Shown: in pieces, positions 58,721-58,930 of the stretch
Numbering within the stretch: the stretch's first letter is position 1
Layout of the letters: each line of letters begins with the position of its first letter
IMG/VR virus record: IMGVR_UViG_3300025801_000025
Location: 1 to 58,930 of that record
Strand: one strand, 5' to 3'
Source of the DNA: a virus
Lineage: Duplodnaviria; Caudoviricetes
DNA length: 58,930 nucleotides
The notes under the pieces: model-generated
What the model was told of the DNA's origin: nothing
The model's input: the letters and a program-made list of their open reading frames with translations, nothing else
The model's database searches: none
Program-made: the position numbers and the translations under genes

Positions 58721-58930
58721 TGTCTTATCTCCACTAAGGTTCTCTCTTACCGCGAGCCAAGTTCCACCTTGCCAGATGCCACCCTTCCAAACTCCTTCTA
58801 GCCAAGTTCCATTTTTCCAGATGCCACCCTTCCAAACTCCTCCATGCCAGGCGCCATTTCTCCAGATGCCACCCTTCCAAACTCCCCTGCGCCAAGTTCC
58901 GTTTTTCCAAATTCCTTCTTCCCAAATTCC
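58544..58930 (-). CDS. 3' part of W-x-x-G-x repeat protein copy E, reading through into the 58-aa ORF
   Basis: GIWEEGIWKNGTW...WQGGTWLAVRENLSGDKT-MTRK with no stop; 11 full repeats visible. Confidence 0.75.
   Translation of the reverse strand, partial: GIWEEGIWKNGTWRRGVWKGGIWRNGAWHGGVWKGGIWKNGTWLEGVWKGGIWQGGTWLAVRENLSGDKTMTRKDHVRIARAVAYTRPEPDRVEAYGCWKRVCEQLAMELAGDNPRFDKDRFVKATEE

Noticed and set aside
1-58930. Stop-codon reassignment or DNA hypermodification cluster
   Set aside because: Core genes are intact under code 11 with all three stops used; no PurZ, queuosine-pathway, hydroxymethylase or glycosyltransferase genes recognised.

Overview
The window is an apparently near-complete (~59 kb) tailed dsDNA phage genome, probably lytic (no integrase or RNA polymerase recognised) and podovirus-like (no tape measure or sheath; it has a giant ejection-type protein). 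It has two divergent arms. The + arm (1.0-30.8 kb) carries terS, a lysis cassette, terL, portal, scaffold, major capsid, tail/fibre genes and a 2071-aa virion protein. The - arm (30.9-58.9 kb, apparently continuing into 1-679) carries ThyX, an intein-containing class II RNR, dCMP deaminase, a family A polymerase split into UDG-exonuclease and intein-containing polymerase genes, ligase, exonucleases, a Sak4-like recombination module, a PRTase, a UvrD helicase and many small early genes. The most unusual element is a dispersed family of five paralogous genes, each with a conserved 31-aa leader (MKIKDLPNCP.WL...) followed by 11-30 W-x-x-G-x pentapeptides. The copies share mosaic DNA blocks, share flanking non-coding modules and end in different C-termini, and two sit in a 1-kb island flanked by direct repeats. 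Other unexplained structure: three inverted pairs of perfect IHF-consensus sites, tandem amplification of stop/RBS/start junctions, and a chain of overlapping 7-codon minigenes. All functional calls come from motif recognition by eye; no searches were run.
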